DNA of 61,540 bases, counting the filler, from Sphacelaria rigidula (Eukaryota), in NCBI GenBank assembly GCA_964200075.2. It is 4 parts of 4 records of this genome, joined end to end, with 100 filler letters (N's around TTAATTAATTAA, not from the genome) between each part and the next. Parts side by side here need not be neighbours in the genome. Positions count along the whole stretch, not along the records: positions 46,232 to 61,540 come from CAXNAA020001803.1; 3 more parts are not named here. One strand, written 5' to 3'. The notes under the pieces are model-generated. The model worked only from the letters and a program-made list of their open reading frames with translations. It had not been told where the DNA came from and did not search any database. This document shows positions 47,636 through 61,540 of the stretch, piece by piece. Each line of letters opens with the position of its first letter. The stretch's first letter is position 1. The position numbers and the translations under genes were made by a program.

Positions 47636-47915
47636 AAGGTAAATTCGCAATTTTTTTTCTTGGAGTTGGAAAGTGTAATTTGGTATGGACAATCAACAGG
47701 GCATGAAGAAAAGCTGTCTGTGAGCTTCCGAAGATTTTTTTTTTCTCTCATGAGTCAAGGGCAATAATCAGTTTCGAGGTTTGAGTAAAATGCCCTTCAC
47801 TCATGAAAAAAAAAATGTTCGAGACCTGACAAGACAGCTTTTTTTCATCCCCTGTTGGTTGTCCATACCAAATTTCACTTTCCAACTCCAAGAAAAAAAT
47901 TGCGAATTCGCCTGC
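47636..47915. repeat. ~125-bp inverted repeat (MITE-like foldback)
   Basis: AATTCGCAATTTTTTTCTTGGAGTTGGAAAGTG...GGGCA pairs with TGCCC...CACTTTCCAACTCCAAGAAAAAAATTGCGAATT around a 27-bp spacer. Confidence 0.8.
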
Positions 47916-50915
47916 AAAGTACAAATCCGCTGGTAGGCTGGCCCAGCCTCCTGAATATTTTCGGCGGCAGTCAACACTTATACAGTATCCTGACATAAAA
48001 GAGCATTTCCTGCAGCCCATGCCCTACCTCCTCTGCCGGAGTATTGGGTTCTCATTATTTTCATGTTCGTCGTGGGTACTCCACATAAATCCTGAGCGCG
48101 CCACAGAGTACAAACCATACCCCGCGGCCACTGAAAATTATTTCAGTCACCGATACCTCAAGGGCTGCCGACCAACCGACGTAACCCCGGCCGTATGTAT
48201 CAGATCAATATATGCTTCGTATGACAATGGGTGAGAAGGACTGAGACGCTCACTGTTTGTGGCATCGTCTTGAATTAATACCCTTGATTGATTCATACGA
48301 TACGACCATCACATCTTCTCCCCCAATTTTCCTCTTGTGACCTGACATGATTTATAGATGAGAAAGCATCTCGTGAGTCACGGTCACAAGTAACTTGCAG
48401 CCCATGCAGCACCAGACAAGAGTTCACTTTTTGCCGTATATTTGTATATTAATTCGAGGTCAATTTATACTCATCGTCATCTCTTGGAATGGACGTTCAC
48501 CCCCCCCCCCTGCCCTTCTCTACGAAATGAACACCGTGTGTGCGTCAGATATCAACCATATACGGGATAAAACCACATACTCACCCAAACCAGCCCCGTT
48601 AATCATTCTTTCACGTACTCATCACACCCAAAGCCCAGAAATCTTTAGGGGAGTACTATGCGGATTTCAGAAACGAACCATATACAATTTTTTCCCCACG
48701 TATCACACGCAACACTACACAGCAAAAGAAGGCAAAGCTTTGCGAACGCGCAACGCTTGGTTCACTTTTGAAGTGACTTTCTGTAATCCCAGCTAACACA
48801 CACGCTATATAGTCACGGTTCTCTATGTAACTCATCTTCCACACTTCCCCGTAATTGCCCCTACTTGCAGCAGCCACAAAAGCTGAGCATATCGCTGTTT
48901 TCGGAGTGAGAATGGTGACACAACGATGGAACAAATAAGCAACAACCGTTTACTCGTCAAATTTATGCACCCCGATGTATCTACCCCATTCGTATAAAAC
49001 ATAATTCTAAAGCTTGAAAAAATATCAACATTCTCTTTTCAACTGCACTCACTAAATTTCTCACATGATGGGAATGACTACCAGACAACTCAGCTCACGG
49101 TACAGTGTGGTGATGTGTACTGTTCGGAGCAACGAATCCATTTCTCGAAATGCGTGGTATCCCATAATAAATAATCACACGATGATAACTGGCTACACAC
49201 GTGAAGCGCAACACACTAGACAACACCCAATGCATAACGGAAACACCCACAAAAAACAAGGGAGCGTGTCGACAACACTCGAGTGTACGTCAGCGCTGTT
49301 CCAGGGGTCGCTCCTTCATTTTGGACGGAGGTTCCTGGAAAGAGGACAAAACTCACAGACGAAATAAGGGGCTCCGGAACAACGCCAAAGCTCATGAGCA
49401 CTGGTCATTCACAGACGCATAAACTCGTCACTCCCCCCCCCCCGCCCCGCCCCGCCCCGCATGCATGATCATGAGTACCCCCCGCCCCAATCCCCCCACC
49501 NNNNNNNNNCAGCAGAAAAACGGGGCTCCGGAACAACGCCAAACCCCACGACCACCGGCCATTCACAGCCGCAACAACCCCTCCCCCCCCCCCCCCCCGC
49601 CCCGCCCCGCCCCGCATGCATGATCATGAGTACCCCCCGCCCCAATCCCCCCCCCCTATCCCCCAAATACCTTCCTCAACTTCCTACAATTTTCACGAAT
49701 CATTGATGTCCACCGTTCCGTCCTCCTCACAAGGTTTACCGGCATCAGCATCCACGTTGTACACAACATAACCGTCAGTCATGCCTTGTATATGGCCAAC
49801 TCTCATGGCCACGACACCACTGGATTAGTGGCGGAGCAGTTTGCAATCTGCCAAGCTGACCTGCTGCTCTCCAAGACTTGAGAGACTTCAGACACAAATA
49901 TTTGCCAGAATTCGTCAAGAAGGTACAGGATACATGGTACCCCGTAGGGGAGAATAATAACAGTTACTTTTCCTACTGCTCTCCATGTACTTGGAGGAAC
50001 AATAAAGAGGGAAATAATGAAAAAAAAAACTTGTGTTGTGCTTCGGAAAGAAACAAAAAAAGTCAGAAGATAACACATTCGGTAAGAAAAAAACAAATCA
50101 GAAGACAACATCTTCGGTAAGCAAAACAATAAAGGTCAGAAGACAACACCTTTAGTGAGAAAAAAAAAAAAAGCCAGAAGACAGCACGACACAGTCGAAA
50201 CAAATTAAGAAAAATCAAGAAAAACGACCATGTGCGTCAACAGGCTGTCTTCACCCATCCCACAAAGATTGTACTACTTTTATTCCATTCCATGCACTGC
50301 AAGATTGGACTACTTTTATTCCATTCCATGCACCTATCCTTCGTTTTTTCTTTGTTTTTCTTCTTCTGCAGTCCATACCAAGATACTTTATCCCTTGAAC
50401 CATGACAGTGTGCAATATATATGTATATACTATATATAACGATTGATCCCGACCTCTCCGATTAGCTACTGGCACGGTGACGGGAAACGCAGTTCACCAC
50501 CTGTGGGCAAAGTGACGTGTCTCTGCTTCTTGGAATGCATGACCGAGCCCCCCCCCGCCAGTTCGACGCGAACACTCGCACACACACGCCTTCAAAAGCA
50601 ACCGAAACCAAGGGAAAGCGCAGTGCTTTGTCATGTATGTACGGCAATAACAGAACTATACACACAACATGCCCAGTTCCACGACGAAAACAACCATGCC
50701 AGACGAAGACAAAAAAACAGAAAACGAAACAAAGCAAGGGTCCCGACGACGCAGGCCGGCAGGCTGGCCGGCAAAAGCCCACACGTGAAAAAATATATAC
50801 TCAATTTCCAACCATGGCTCCACCTGCACGCAACATGACTCAACAATAATAATCCAGGGAGGGGGAGGGGGGAACGTCAATGCCACAAGGCCCCAGTCTC
50901 TTCACCAACGGATAC

Positions 50916-53900
50916 CTTGGTCCTCCAACCCCTCGCCGCTCGCCGTGATGCGAGGGCACTGCCCACCGCGCTACCGATACCGAAGCCACTCTTCCCCCGC
51001 CCGGATAGCCAACTCGCATTCCCCCCTGCCGCCGTCGCTACCCCACTTCTTGTCCCCAAACCCGCGGCCGCGTCAGCAGGAGATTTGCCGCCTGCCGCGG
51101 AGCCAAGTGACATTGTCGCGGGAGTGCGGCCAGTCTCCGCCTTGCGTTCTTGCCGGTCGTCGGCGCCCCCTCGGAAGCGGCTTTGCCTCAGCAGCGGCCC
51201 ACCTGCTCGTGAAGCGGATACTTTTTTCTTCTTCGTAGTTGCGGGCGATTTTTTGTTGATGCTCTTCCTACCCCGAGAAGAAAAGGAAGAGGAGGAAGCC
51301 ACAGAAGAACGGCGGTCACTACCGGCCCTGGGAGAAGAAGTCGAAGGATGGCGCGATCTGGAAGAAACGGGAGATCGCTGTTGCTTGGAGGGAATCGAAG
51401 AACGACGGTCTTTCGAGGAAACCGGAGTATTATCCCGGTGTTCTTTGCCGCTGCCGCTGGTGAAATCATCCCGCTGGGTGTTTTTTCTCTGAATGGTACG
51501 ACTGGCGGCAAGTCCTGCATAGACAGCAGCGCCATTTACAGCAGGCCGGCCCTTGGCGACACTCCTCCTCCCCGCCTCTCCTGGCGTCGCAGAGCGGCGC
51601 ACAGTACCGCTGCGACGGCTAGCGGTTTCGTCGTCTGCTCCCTGGGGTGTGCACTCGGGAGTGCGATCGGCGTTGAAAGATGCGGCGCCACGTTTGGAAG
51701 GGTCCGGCGACTGTGAGAACGAGGATGATGATACGAGGTTCTTGAAAAACGCCCCAAACCGCTTGCTGCTGGACAAGCTGCTGCTGCTCGAGTTGATGGA
51801 CTGCTGTTTTTCGGGTTCACGGTTCGGACGAGGGGGGCAAACGAGAGGTCAGGAGTGTACTGTGGTGGTTGTGAACGTGACAGCAGGATAAGAAAGCAAC
51901 TCAGCGCGGAGGGGTGCGTGGTTTTCACAGTCAGTTTTCATCGCTCCGCCCTCGCTGTTCCGTCCATTGAAATAATATGCCCCTCGTCCCTGAGCGCCAG
52001 AGAAGAAGCAAAGTAAATCGACCAAGAAGCAAACTACGTACACGAAACATGCCGAACCAACGCACCTGCTTCTTGTCAGGCGTCAAGAGCTGCCGCCGCT
52101 GCAACCGACCCCTCCCAGGAGGAGTGCTCAAGGAAACACCCCCGCCACTCTTCGTGGGTGCAAACCCCTTCGGAGACCGTGGCACAGCCGCCACCGCCGC
52201 CGTCACTGCTGCCCCCATCTCTTCGGTGTCCAAGGGAAGTCTGCTCGCGGGAGAAGCACCGGCAGAAACGGCGGCCGCCTTGTTTCGCGCCGGTGTGCCT
52301 AGCATGGGAGAGGGCGGGGAGCGCATTCTGGAATTGCTTCGAATCCGGGCCCTCTCGGTGCGTCGCTGTTGCCCCGGCGTCATCACCGCTGGTTGATCTT
52401 CGGGGTTCTGCTGTTGCTGCTGCTGCTGCTGCTGGTCGTTGTATAGACGTACGCGCTCCCGGTCTCGTTTCTCCCGTCTAGTGGCGAGAAGGACCTTCTT
52501 GCCTTCTTCCACGAGCATCGCGGACTCCGTCGGTGTCAAGGATCGAGAGGGCATGGACCGCGTGGAACTCAAAGAAGAAACAGAGGAGTAAGGAGAGCCC
52601 GATGCCACCGCTGACCCCAGCATGTCGCCGTTGCGGAAGTTGATGACACGGTGCTTATCCGCACCAACGCGGGGGTACGGTTGCACCGTCGCAGGCGACG
52701 CGCCGTACCGGCTGAACCTCTTGCTCAGGATGGGGCGGCCGCTGCTGCCCGCGAGGGGCGATAATGTTTCCTGTGAAGAAGCAGAGCGAGAAAATTCGCC
52801 CGTTTTGATCGTCCACGCGCCACCGCCGGACTTTGTCGCCACGCCGGTGACTTCGCCGTCCGTGAGAGCGGCGGGAACGGCGGAGGTGGCGGCGGCCGCT
52901 TGGTCGTCGCTGACCTTCATCTCCTTGCGCCTGGCCTCGACATCACGTTTTCTCTCCTCCATCGCGGCGACGGCGGCACCCAGTCCCGGGGAACTCTGTA
53001 GCCTCGACATATCTTCACCGGTATTGACACCACTGTGATCACGACTGCCATCCTCTGTCTCGCCGAGGGTAGCGGCCCTCTGCTTTCCGGCCCGGACCGT
53101 CGCCGGTGTCGCTGTCGTAGCACGATGCCTCCTGAGCAAGCCGTTCGGAGTCGGAGAAGAGGGGACATTCGTGGCCGTGATCGCCGCCGCGCGCTTCCGC
53201 CACAGCGTGCGCGCCGGCAGAGCGGCATCCGCGAATCTTTCAGGGTCATCCTCCTCAGGGGCACAATTTCCGGCGGGACTTTCGTTCTCCAACGCGGCAG
53301 AGCGAGCGACGAAAGCGGCCTTGGCGTGTGCGTCGTCGGGGGAAAAGTGTGGGGCCTTCAAGGTCAACAACGGATCAGATTCCGTGTTCTTGCTGTTCTC
53401 CCCGGCGTTAGCAATGTCCACGGGGATACCGGGGTCGGACAGAGACACGGCCGAGTCGGGACAGGAAAATGCGGATGTTGCCGGTTCTGTTTCCGCATCG
53501 ACATCATCGTCGTAGTCCCCGCCCTCATCACAGCCACGACCTACATCCTTCAGCACCTCGACACCGCTGGTGGTATCATCACAAGATAAAGAGGATGAAC
53601 CGGTCCGTGCAGCCCTTCCGACCGGAGACGACACTACCCCCGCCACCTCAGCGTGCGACTTCGGCGAGACCGGCCGGGACAGGAGGTTGAGATCGGCGTC
53701 TAGGGCCGCCCCGGGCTCCACGCACAGATCGCAGTAGGAAACCTTTCCAGAGCATATTCCTCCTCGCCTATTTTCCACATCACCATCGGAATGAGTCGGG
53801 GCAGGAGGCGGGGGTTAGTTTTGTGGGTGAAAAATCAGAGATATTTTCCAGGAGTGTGCTTGTTGACAAAAAATATATCCGAAAAAAATTCAAGAGGCAC

Positions 53901-56900
53901 TCAAGAGCCATGGCCAACCCAAACTTACACATTATTCAAATCTTTTCGGGACATCGTAACTGCGCTTGTTGAATTACGGCTGATTGCAAGAAAATAGAGA
54001 TATCAGTGTCAGCCGTATGTCGGAACATTTATTTGATAGGCGGGGAACTTTACACGGGGAGAAGCTGGGGGCGTTTGGGATTATGATCAAAACCGAAACA
54101 CGCGAGGGATGAAAGGCGATATCAAACAGCCAGGATGGAATATGTATCACCTGACCGCAAGGAGTTTCCTGCACTCCAGGTTCCCATCGAATGTTCCGGC
54201 GATGTTGACGTGGTCAGCTACGACATTTCCGCGGACGGTAGCCCTGATAGATGAAATCAGGAGCGGAAGATAAGGGGGAGGGGGGACGGTGGTCGTTCAG
54301 CCAGATGGCATCCTATAAGGGGGTCAAACTCTCAAGTGGACTGTGGTACGCCATGCACGTGCCACGTCTCTCCACTGATGAAGGTTCCGAGTTCAAAACA
54401 CCCGCTTTCGCCTCGATCAACTGTGACAGATCAACATAACTCGAACGCACCTCGAAGGGATAACGGCAAACGTTTTGGCAATGTAAGATCCGATAATTGG
54501 ATTTTTTTTCAGAAAGCAAAAACGGAACAGAACAAAAAATCGGACGTGAGCACGCGAAATAAAACCCCAAAACTCACCCACGCTCCACTTTTAGGTGGGT
54601 CACGTCCGCGACGCCCTCGAACTGGCCTTCCACCAGCAAAAGATCGGCACCCACAACCTCAGCATTTTCCATCACTACCCCCCTGCTAACCAGCATCTTC
54701 TTCCGTCCCATGGGCATGTCTCGAAGTGTTGTGGGGCTCACGAGGAAATCTCCATCATCCACATCAACGCCGCATCGATCGACATCTTCTTCGGAGATGT
54801 CGTGAGTAACGTGCGTTTCGTCCTTTCCGGAGATCCACGGTTTCGAGTGGGACACCTTCCTCGTGCGCTCGGCGTCAGCACCTGTGGTACCGGCCAAAGC
54901 GACCGCGCTGACCTTGACCTTGACCGCCGCGAGTTTCAGCCCGCCCTTGCTTGTTCTCCGACTGCGCCGGGTGCAACTGGTTCTTTTACCGTTGGCGTTG
55001 TTCTTGGTGGCGAGACTCTTGCTGCGGCGACGTTGCCGCGCCGCAACCTCCCAGGAACCCCCCGCCCCGGAGTACTTGTCGTAGGTTTGTTGATTAACCG
55101 CGTTCGTGCCGTTGTGCTCCACCACGATCCCGTTGTTGCTGCCGAACACGCTCCTCGTTGCACGGGTATCCCCTACTCCGACTGCGCTGCCCTCAGGCTG
55201 CCCTGTTCCCACCCTACTTCCGCCATCAGTCGTCGCCGCCGCCACCGTCTCCGCCGGGGTCACCGTTACCGAGTTATCCAACACCCCGACCCCGCCACCT
55301 TTACGCTCCTCCATCACCGCGCTTCCACCGTCAGCATCGGCCGCCGCGGCTGCCGCCGGGATCACCGTTGCAGAGTCCTCCAAAACCGGCAGAATTTCTC
55401 CACTGTTGTCGCCGTCGTTGTTATCGTTGACATCATTGTTCGCTGCATCGTCGACACTTACCCGACTGCTGCTCCGAAGCCTTCGCCAAGCGGTGCGCGC
55501 GGCGCGTGCCGTTCTCAATGGGGTTGCCATCACTGACGAAGTCGACCTCGCGGGGGACGATGTTGCAGATCCGCTGATACTGCCGCTGGCGCTAGCGCCG
55601 CCGCGGCAACCCACGGTCGTAGAGGAGGGCGCCACGTTCATCGGTGTGGCCGGGGGCGTGGTCGGAGTATTGAGGCAGTGCTGGGGGGTGTCACCGAGCG
55701 ACACCCTGTAGCTTTTGCTGGCCAGCTTCAGCGGCTTGTAGGTGAACGTTGACTTGATACTTGAGTCGTTTGAAGAGCGATCTAGGGGAGGGACGATCAC
55801 CTGGAGGGCGAGAAGAGGGCGGGGTAGGGAGGGGGAGAGGGAGAGGTGGTGGCTTATGATGTTGCAAAATTGTAAACCCAGTTAGTTGATCACACTGCAT
55901 TTCAGTGGGTTTACAACAACATGTGCCCAAAAACTGTGCAGCAGTACCTGGTCGCGAGGAGTCGAGACGCCGGCAGCGGCGGCGGCAACAGCGGCTGCGG
56001 CATCGGTTTCCGAAAAATCTTCAGCATCGCCGAGCGAAGATTCCAGGATGGTGTCGAAGAACTGCCCAATCTCAATGCCTGTGAGGTGGAGAGAGGAGGG
56101 ATTGTGAGAGAATTGAACACCAGTAATGGAGATCGGTGGAAACTAATCGAGTTGTTGTCATCGCGCGTCGGTTTACTGCTCCGCGAATCGATGAAAGTTA
56201 GTAGTGGGCGCTGTTGAATCCGCTGATTTTCTTCAGGTTCCGCCCGAATATTAGAACCATCTGAAACAACACGTTACGAATGTCAAAATATATGACAGTT
56301 GACACGAGTTGAAGCACTAGCACTGAACAAGGAAGGTTTCGCACGGAAACCCCGTAGGTTGGCATCCTCTCATCAGTTGAGCGTGAGATGGAAAAAAGCA
56401 GGGGGAGAAATCTCACCGAGCACGCGGCACGCCTTCTTGAAGCTCCTTTCCATCTGGTTGACCGCAGCCGATTGGTCATTGAATACTCCCGCCGACGCGG
56501 GAGCCGCCTCCGCCCGAGGGTGCGCAGCGGCATTCAAAGCCTCCAACGCATCCTGATCATCTTTTCCTGGGACTGTGGCAACCTGTGCCCGCACCCCATT
56601 CCCGCCCGCTTCGACACCGATCGCATCACCAATCATCCCAATTCCTCCACTACCCGTGCTAAGGATACTCTCACGGCGCCCGCCTGAGGCGGCGAACCTT
56701 ATCGCCGCGTGCTTGAGCACGCCCAGGGCTTCATCCGGCGTGTACTCGCTCTCCGCGTCGCTGTCCCCATCGTACTGGTCGCCGATGACCGCTACGGGGT
56801 ATGGGGGGGAGCAGGAAGAAGTCTTTTCTGGTGAGGGGAGTACGACGGCTGTCAGCGCTGAGGCCGCGTCGGCGTTGGCCCGGATATCGGGGGCAGCGCG

Positions 56901-59214
56901 AGCTTCACTGCTGCCTTTTTCGCTGTCTCCTTCAACTTCCACTACCTCCGTCTTCACGGGTGCCGCCGGATGGGATTCACCGCCGGCAGCTAGTTTGTCG
57001 TCGGCGATGTCATTTGTTCTGGTTGCGTTTTCGGCTGTGGGGGAAGACAACTTCTCCTCGCCCTCCTGTTCATTACCATCGACAGCTTCAGGTTCCGGCT
57101 CAGGGATTTCACGTTCCGGTTCGCTGATCTCCGCCACCATGTCGTCGTCCTCCTTCGCTGTTACATTTGCGTCGTTGGCTACAGTGGCAGCAGCGGCGGC
57201 GGCTTCGTCGGACCGTCTGGAAAGGCATAACGAGGAATTCCTGTTGGTGAAATCGAATTCCTCCCAGTGGTGGGCGTCGAAGAGGGTCACTCCGTCGTCG
57301 CTGTCCTCACCGGAGCCCAAGCTCACCAGAGACCTCCTGCCGTCGGACGAAGAATCTGACAGAGGATCAGCATCGGCGCCAGCTCCAGTTCCAGCACCGG
57401 CAAACGACTCTTCACTGTGGTCGGTGTCCTTGCTTTCCCTGATGCCACCCTTTCTTACAGCGACGACCACACCAGCGCTGGGGTCGGCGTCAACGTTTTT
57501 CGTCGCAGAAGGAACAGTTTCCTCACGATCTCGGTCGCCACTGTCGAGCTCGTCCCCTTCCGTCCTCTCGAAGGCAACTGATATTTCACTGTCGTCGTCG
57601 TCCTCGCCCTCGCCCTCATCGTCGGAGCCATCAAACACAACCTTGACGTCATCCGGCGACCAAGCCCATACAACCTCCTCATCGTCCTCCTCCCCACTCT
57701 CCTCACCTTCCTCCTTCTCCAACGCGACCCTCTCAGCCTCTGCCCGTTCTCCCTCCACACAATTTTTCTCTGACGTAACCTTCGCAGGTGTAAAAGCAGC
57801 AACGACCTCGACCTCTTCGCGGGTTGCCGCAGCGCGCTGTCCCGTTTTGTCGGCATGATCGACACAGGCAACCGCTGTGACAACAGCAACAACCACCGGC
57901 GCCGGCGCTGCATCCCTCTTCACCGTCCCTGAGCCTTTCAGCTCTGTTAACAACTCTTCCGCCGAAGCCGACGCCGTATCGAGGGAAGCACGGGGAAGTT
58001 GGCGCCGTAATGACATCGAAGAGTCCTCCGGCTTCACCGTGCTTGGCATGGAGGCGGGTGAGGCAGGCGCGAAGGATTCCCGTCCAGCCAAGAACTGCCA
58101 CCTGTTGGAATTGGAATTGTACCCAGCGGCAGCCACGCCGACTTCACCACCGGCGGCGTTGGCCACGGCCGTGGTAGCAACATCATCGTCACTGTTATTT
58201 TTCATGCTGTTCTCAAAGCTGCTGTTGTTGCTATCGCTGCTTCCAGAGATCAGAACAAATGGAGCTTCGGTTACGGGTGTGGGCGGGGTTGACTGTGCTG
58301 CCGAACCCATCGAGATGAAGCTTCCGTTCGCAGCTGCCTCAGCCGCCGCAACAGTTTCGTCGCGAACGGACCGTTGCTGTCGTTCCACGGAAAGCGACAC
58401 TGTAGCAGACGCTGTTGACCGCTGCTCGAGCGCCTCCCGCAGTCCCGGTCGCGGCGCTGGAAACATCGGAGACGGCGGCGCCTGCGTCCGCCACGGAGCC
58501 CAGTAATTCAGTGGGGACTTCGCCTGCGCCGCAGTTGCAGCAGCTGCAGTAGCACCGCGGGCAGGGCTCGCATATGCTGCCTCGGCGGCTGCCGCGTCCT
58601 CCTTGTCCTCTGCTTCACTCCCTCGGTCATCATTTTCACTAATGTTAGACGAGCGAAAGGTGGACAGTGTGGGAAGGGTGCTGGGGATGGTCAAGACGCC
58701 GCCAATCTTGGTTGCCAATCGTTCCCCCGCGATTCTCGCCACGCCTGCTTTCAGGAGGTCTCCCGCGCGTTGCTGCTGATGCTCCGTCTTTTGCTGCGGC
58801 AGGGACGGCGGGTCGGCGGCTGAGATGCTGCTGTCGTTGTGATCCAGGGCTAGAGCAGCGTCGAGTATTGCACCGTCCTCGTCGCACTGCGAAGATTCCA
58901 CCGCCGGACGCGGTCGTGGGCGCTCGAATACGCGACGTCTCCGGCCGCCAGCGGCACAGCCCGCGTTGGGAGCAGATGAGGTCACTGCGCCACGCGGGTG
59001 AGGTCGCGCTAGGACCGCAGATGCCGTTGTTTTCTTTGCGGCATCCGAGGTGCCTGCAATTTCGGCCCTTGTGCCTGTTGCGGTGGTAGAGGACGATGGG
59101 ACGACAGGGAACGGATAGACTGGTGTCCCCGTGGTCGTCGTCTCTCTGGCAGCAGGGGAAATCGATGCCACAGAGCTGACATCCGGCGAGCTCGCCCATT
59201 CTGAACCTCCTGAG
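50916..59214 (-). CDS. Very large low-complexity protein containing a bactofilin (polymer-forming cytoskeletal) domain; both ends unresolved
   Basis: Phase-compatible GT-AG exons 59214-56417, 56078-55948, 55800-54578, 54243-54151, 53767-52066, 51803-50916 (~2280 aa). Spliced MLVSRGVVMENAEVVGADLLLVEGQFEGVADVTHLKVERGATVRGNVVADHVNIAGTFDGNLECRKLLAVRRGGICSGKVSYCDLCVEPGAALDADL. Confidence 0.85.
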
Positions 59215-61455
59215 CTGGAAAAACAGTCTGAAATGGAGAGCTGTGATTCGAAAAGAGAGTGAGGAGAGACAAGGGGTGGGGGCGCGCGGGCGTAAGGGAG
59301 AGGGGGGTCAGAGAAGGGGAGAGGGGGGCAAAATAATGTGATGAACCCCGGTTCATTTCTCTACCCTCGTAACCCTCCTTCAACGTCGCTTCTTAGCATG
59401 TAATTTTTTGGGGGAAAATTGCTCTTGTGGAGCTCCTGATTCGTTTTGCGACTGAAAAGAGAGCTAGGCGGCTTCTGACTTTTGAAATAATGCTTTGCTG
59501 CACTCGTTGAGACGGTTCCAGGACACCTGCGCGTTTTCCCGGTTGCCGCACTTCTTCTGCTGGCCAAACTTGCATTTTTCTCGGACACCGCTCATTTTTC
59601 TCGGGAGACGGGTCAAGTGCAGAAAAAATCAACAATAAAAAAAACGACGTAAAAGCTCCACACAGGCAGTTTCTCAGATTTTTACTTTCATCTGCGACAA
59701 GAGGCAGCCAAAGGATTCACGAAATACAGACAGTTTCGAGCATTCTTGAACTCGGTGTTTTCCTTACTTGTATCCCCTCGAACGCCGAACCTGCTCTGGT
59801 GAACCCCGCCGGTTCAACATAAAAAATACACGAAAGTTCAGGAGGGAATGGAGACCATGACATGCGCAACATCTTCGCACACCAGGACGGGCAAGGCGCT
59901 CGATTGCGAAGTCGGCGTGACAGGTCTCGAAGGGCAGCTAGTGGTGCCGTCCAGGGGTATTCATTTCTGGACTTGTTTCAAAATGAATCATACGGGATTG
60001 GAAGCTACGCGGTACTGGCGTGGTTTGCATGACAACACGAACCCACGGTTTTCAGGTTTGACCGACCACCCGAAGGTGGACGGTAGAGACACGCCGCATT
60101 TTTCTTGCCGCCTGTATGCTTGATTGCACACGGGACCAAGACAAGACACTAGATGGTAGTGGAAACTTGTGTTCTCATCCTCGAAGTTTCACCAACGATT
60201 CCGTTCAACGCACACTACCTTACACACAATTGCCCGAAGCCCTTCCTGGCGTCACATAAATATGTTGACTCAACAACTGAGCACCTCATCTGTCACAAAA
60301 CACAACACGACAAAACATGGAAGTTTCATTTCTCCCAGAGAAACTTTGATAAGGACGTCGTGAACGCCATCTTCGATACGTTTCGGAGAATCGGAGATCA
60401 AGAGTAATAGTGTAGTCGTCGTCGTTCCGGGTTTGTCGTAAATGTAGTGGTTGCGCCCCTTCGCACATGGCTGCGAAGGCAACTCTCAAGTACAAAAACT
60501 AACAGTGCTGCAGGAGGCATGTTGGTGAGGTGGGCGGCACCATAATCCCACGTCCAGAGTTCGCAGGGTGGAGCATCGTCATTTCCTCTTCAGGAAGTAT
60601 ACCTGCTCACACCCGTCCATATTTCATGGATATGATATGCAGCCCTTAGCTCGGCTCAACTCGGTTAAACTCGGCCATCGTAGAGCAGCCAGCACGGTAC
60701 CGACTCGACTGTTGATCGAATCGATGATTCGACATGAGTAGAGGAATCACAAAACTTGAGATTCTCGGGATATTCAACAGTAATTTATGATCAAATGTAC
60801 CAGGAACCTCGAGTTTGGTATACTCCATTGTGGTGATCCATCATGGTGAAATTACAACTCGATTGTGGCACTCCCGATACAGGAACGGAAATGGATGCAA
60901 CAGGTTCAGCTACAACGGGCGCCAACAACGGAGTGTAACGTGTGGCTACGGTGAATATTATAGGATACGGCCCGCGAGAGATGGCCACGAGGCTACCGGA
61001 TCTCTCATGTATCAACGACACCACCACATGTTTCATCTTGCGGGCATTGAATTTTCGGAATATTTGATTTCACGTCGCTCCAAGTTTTCCAAGTATATAC
61101 ATTAATATGACAGATGCATCGCACGTTGAATCCCGTCACGGGTTGCACATAAACGCCTTCACAGAAAAAGGCAAAGTGTTCAACAGGGCAACGGACGGGA
61201 CAACAGCACTGTAATTTACCGTGAAATACAGTGGGAGTTTCGAGTTTTACCTCAACTGCGCAGCGCAGCTCGGTATTTTCTCCGACCTGGACGAAAGAAG
61301 AGTGTGACGCCTCATCTACTGCATTAGACAAGAGGATTCGATACCGTAAGGAGTATATTTCACTTTATCCAACGTTCATTTTTTGCTCAGGGTGTTTCAT
61401 GTTTCGAAATGAACAATAACGGCCCGAGCACGTGGAAAGCTGCAGGGTGCGCGCG

Positions 61456-61490
<35 letters not shown>

Positions 61491-61540
61491 GCAAAAAACA
61501 ACAACAAAAAAAGGAAGAGAGAGGGGAGACCCAGCAGAGG

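Noticed and set aside
49365-49660. Tandem duplication around a 9-N gap
   Set aside because: Likely unmerged overlapping, error-rich read ends.
54595-58506. Long plus-strand ORFs (e.g. 56575-57858, 54595-55536)
   Set aside because: Antisense shadows of the GC-rich minus-strand exons.

Overview
The window is four contigs (1-15311, 15412-30722, 30823-46131, 46232-61540; 15311/15311/15309/15309 bp) joined by an artificial N44-TTAATTAATTAA-N44 linker, so adjacency across linkers is probably not biological. Contigs 1, 2 and 4 look like intron-rich, repeat-rich stramenopile DNA, probably brown algal (inference). They carry a degenerate RTE-like LINE, a TIR element (8-bp TSD) containing a decayed chromodomain Ty3/Gypsy element, several MITEs/SINEs, a 2OG-Fe(II) oxygenase gene, a membrane DnaJ gene, and a >2200-aa low-complexity protein with an intron-split bactofilin domain. 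Contig 3 is gene-dense, intronless giant-virus (Nucleocytoviricota)-like DNA with signs of decay. It encodes YqaJ exonuclease (nonsense-mutated), thioredoxin-like, DUF5760-like, lipase-like, fibre-like, collagen (frameshifted), RFC, MDM2-type RING, F-box and glycosyltransferase proteins. At its right end, below the ORF-track cutoff, is the C-terminus of a TnpB/Fanzor2-type RNA-guided nuclease followed by ~250 nt of hairpin-rich non-coding DNA (candidate omega-RNA), apparently inserted into a viral gene. All family calls come from motif recognition by eye; no searches were run.
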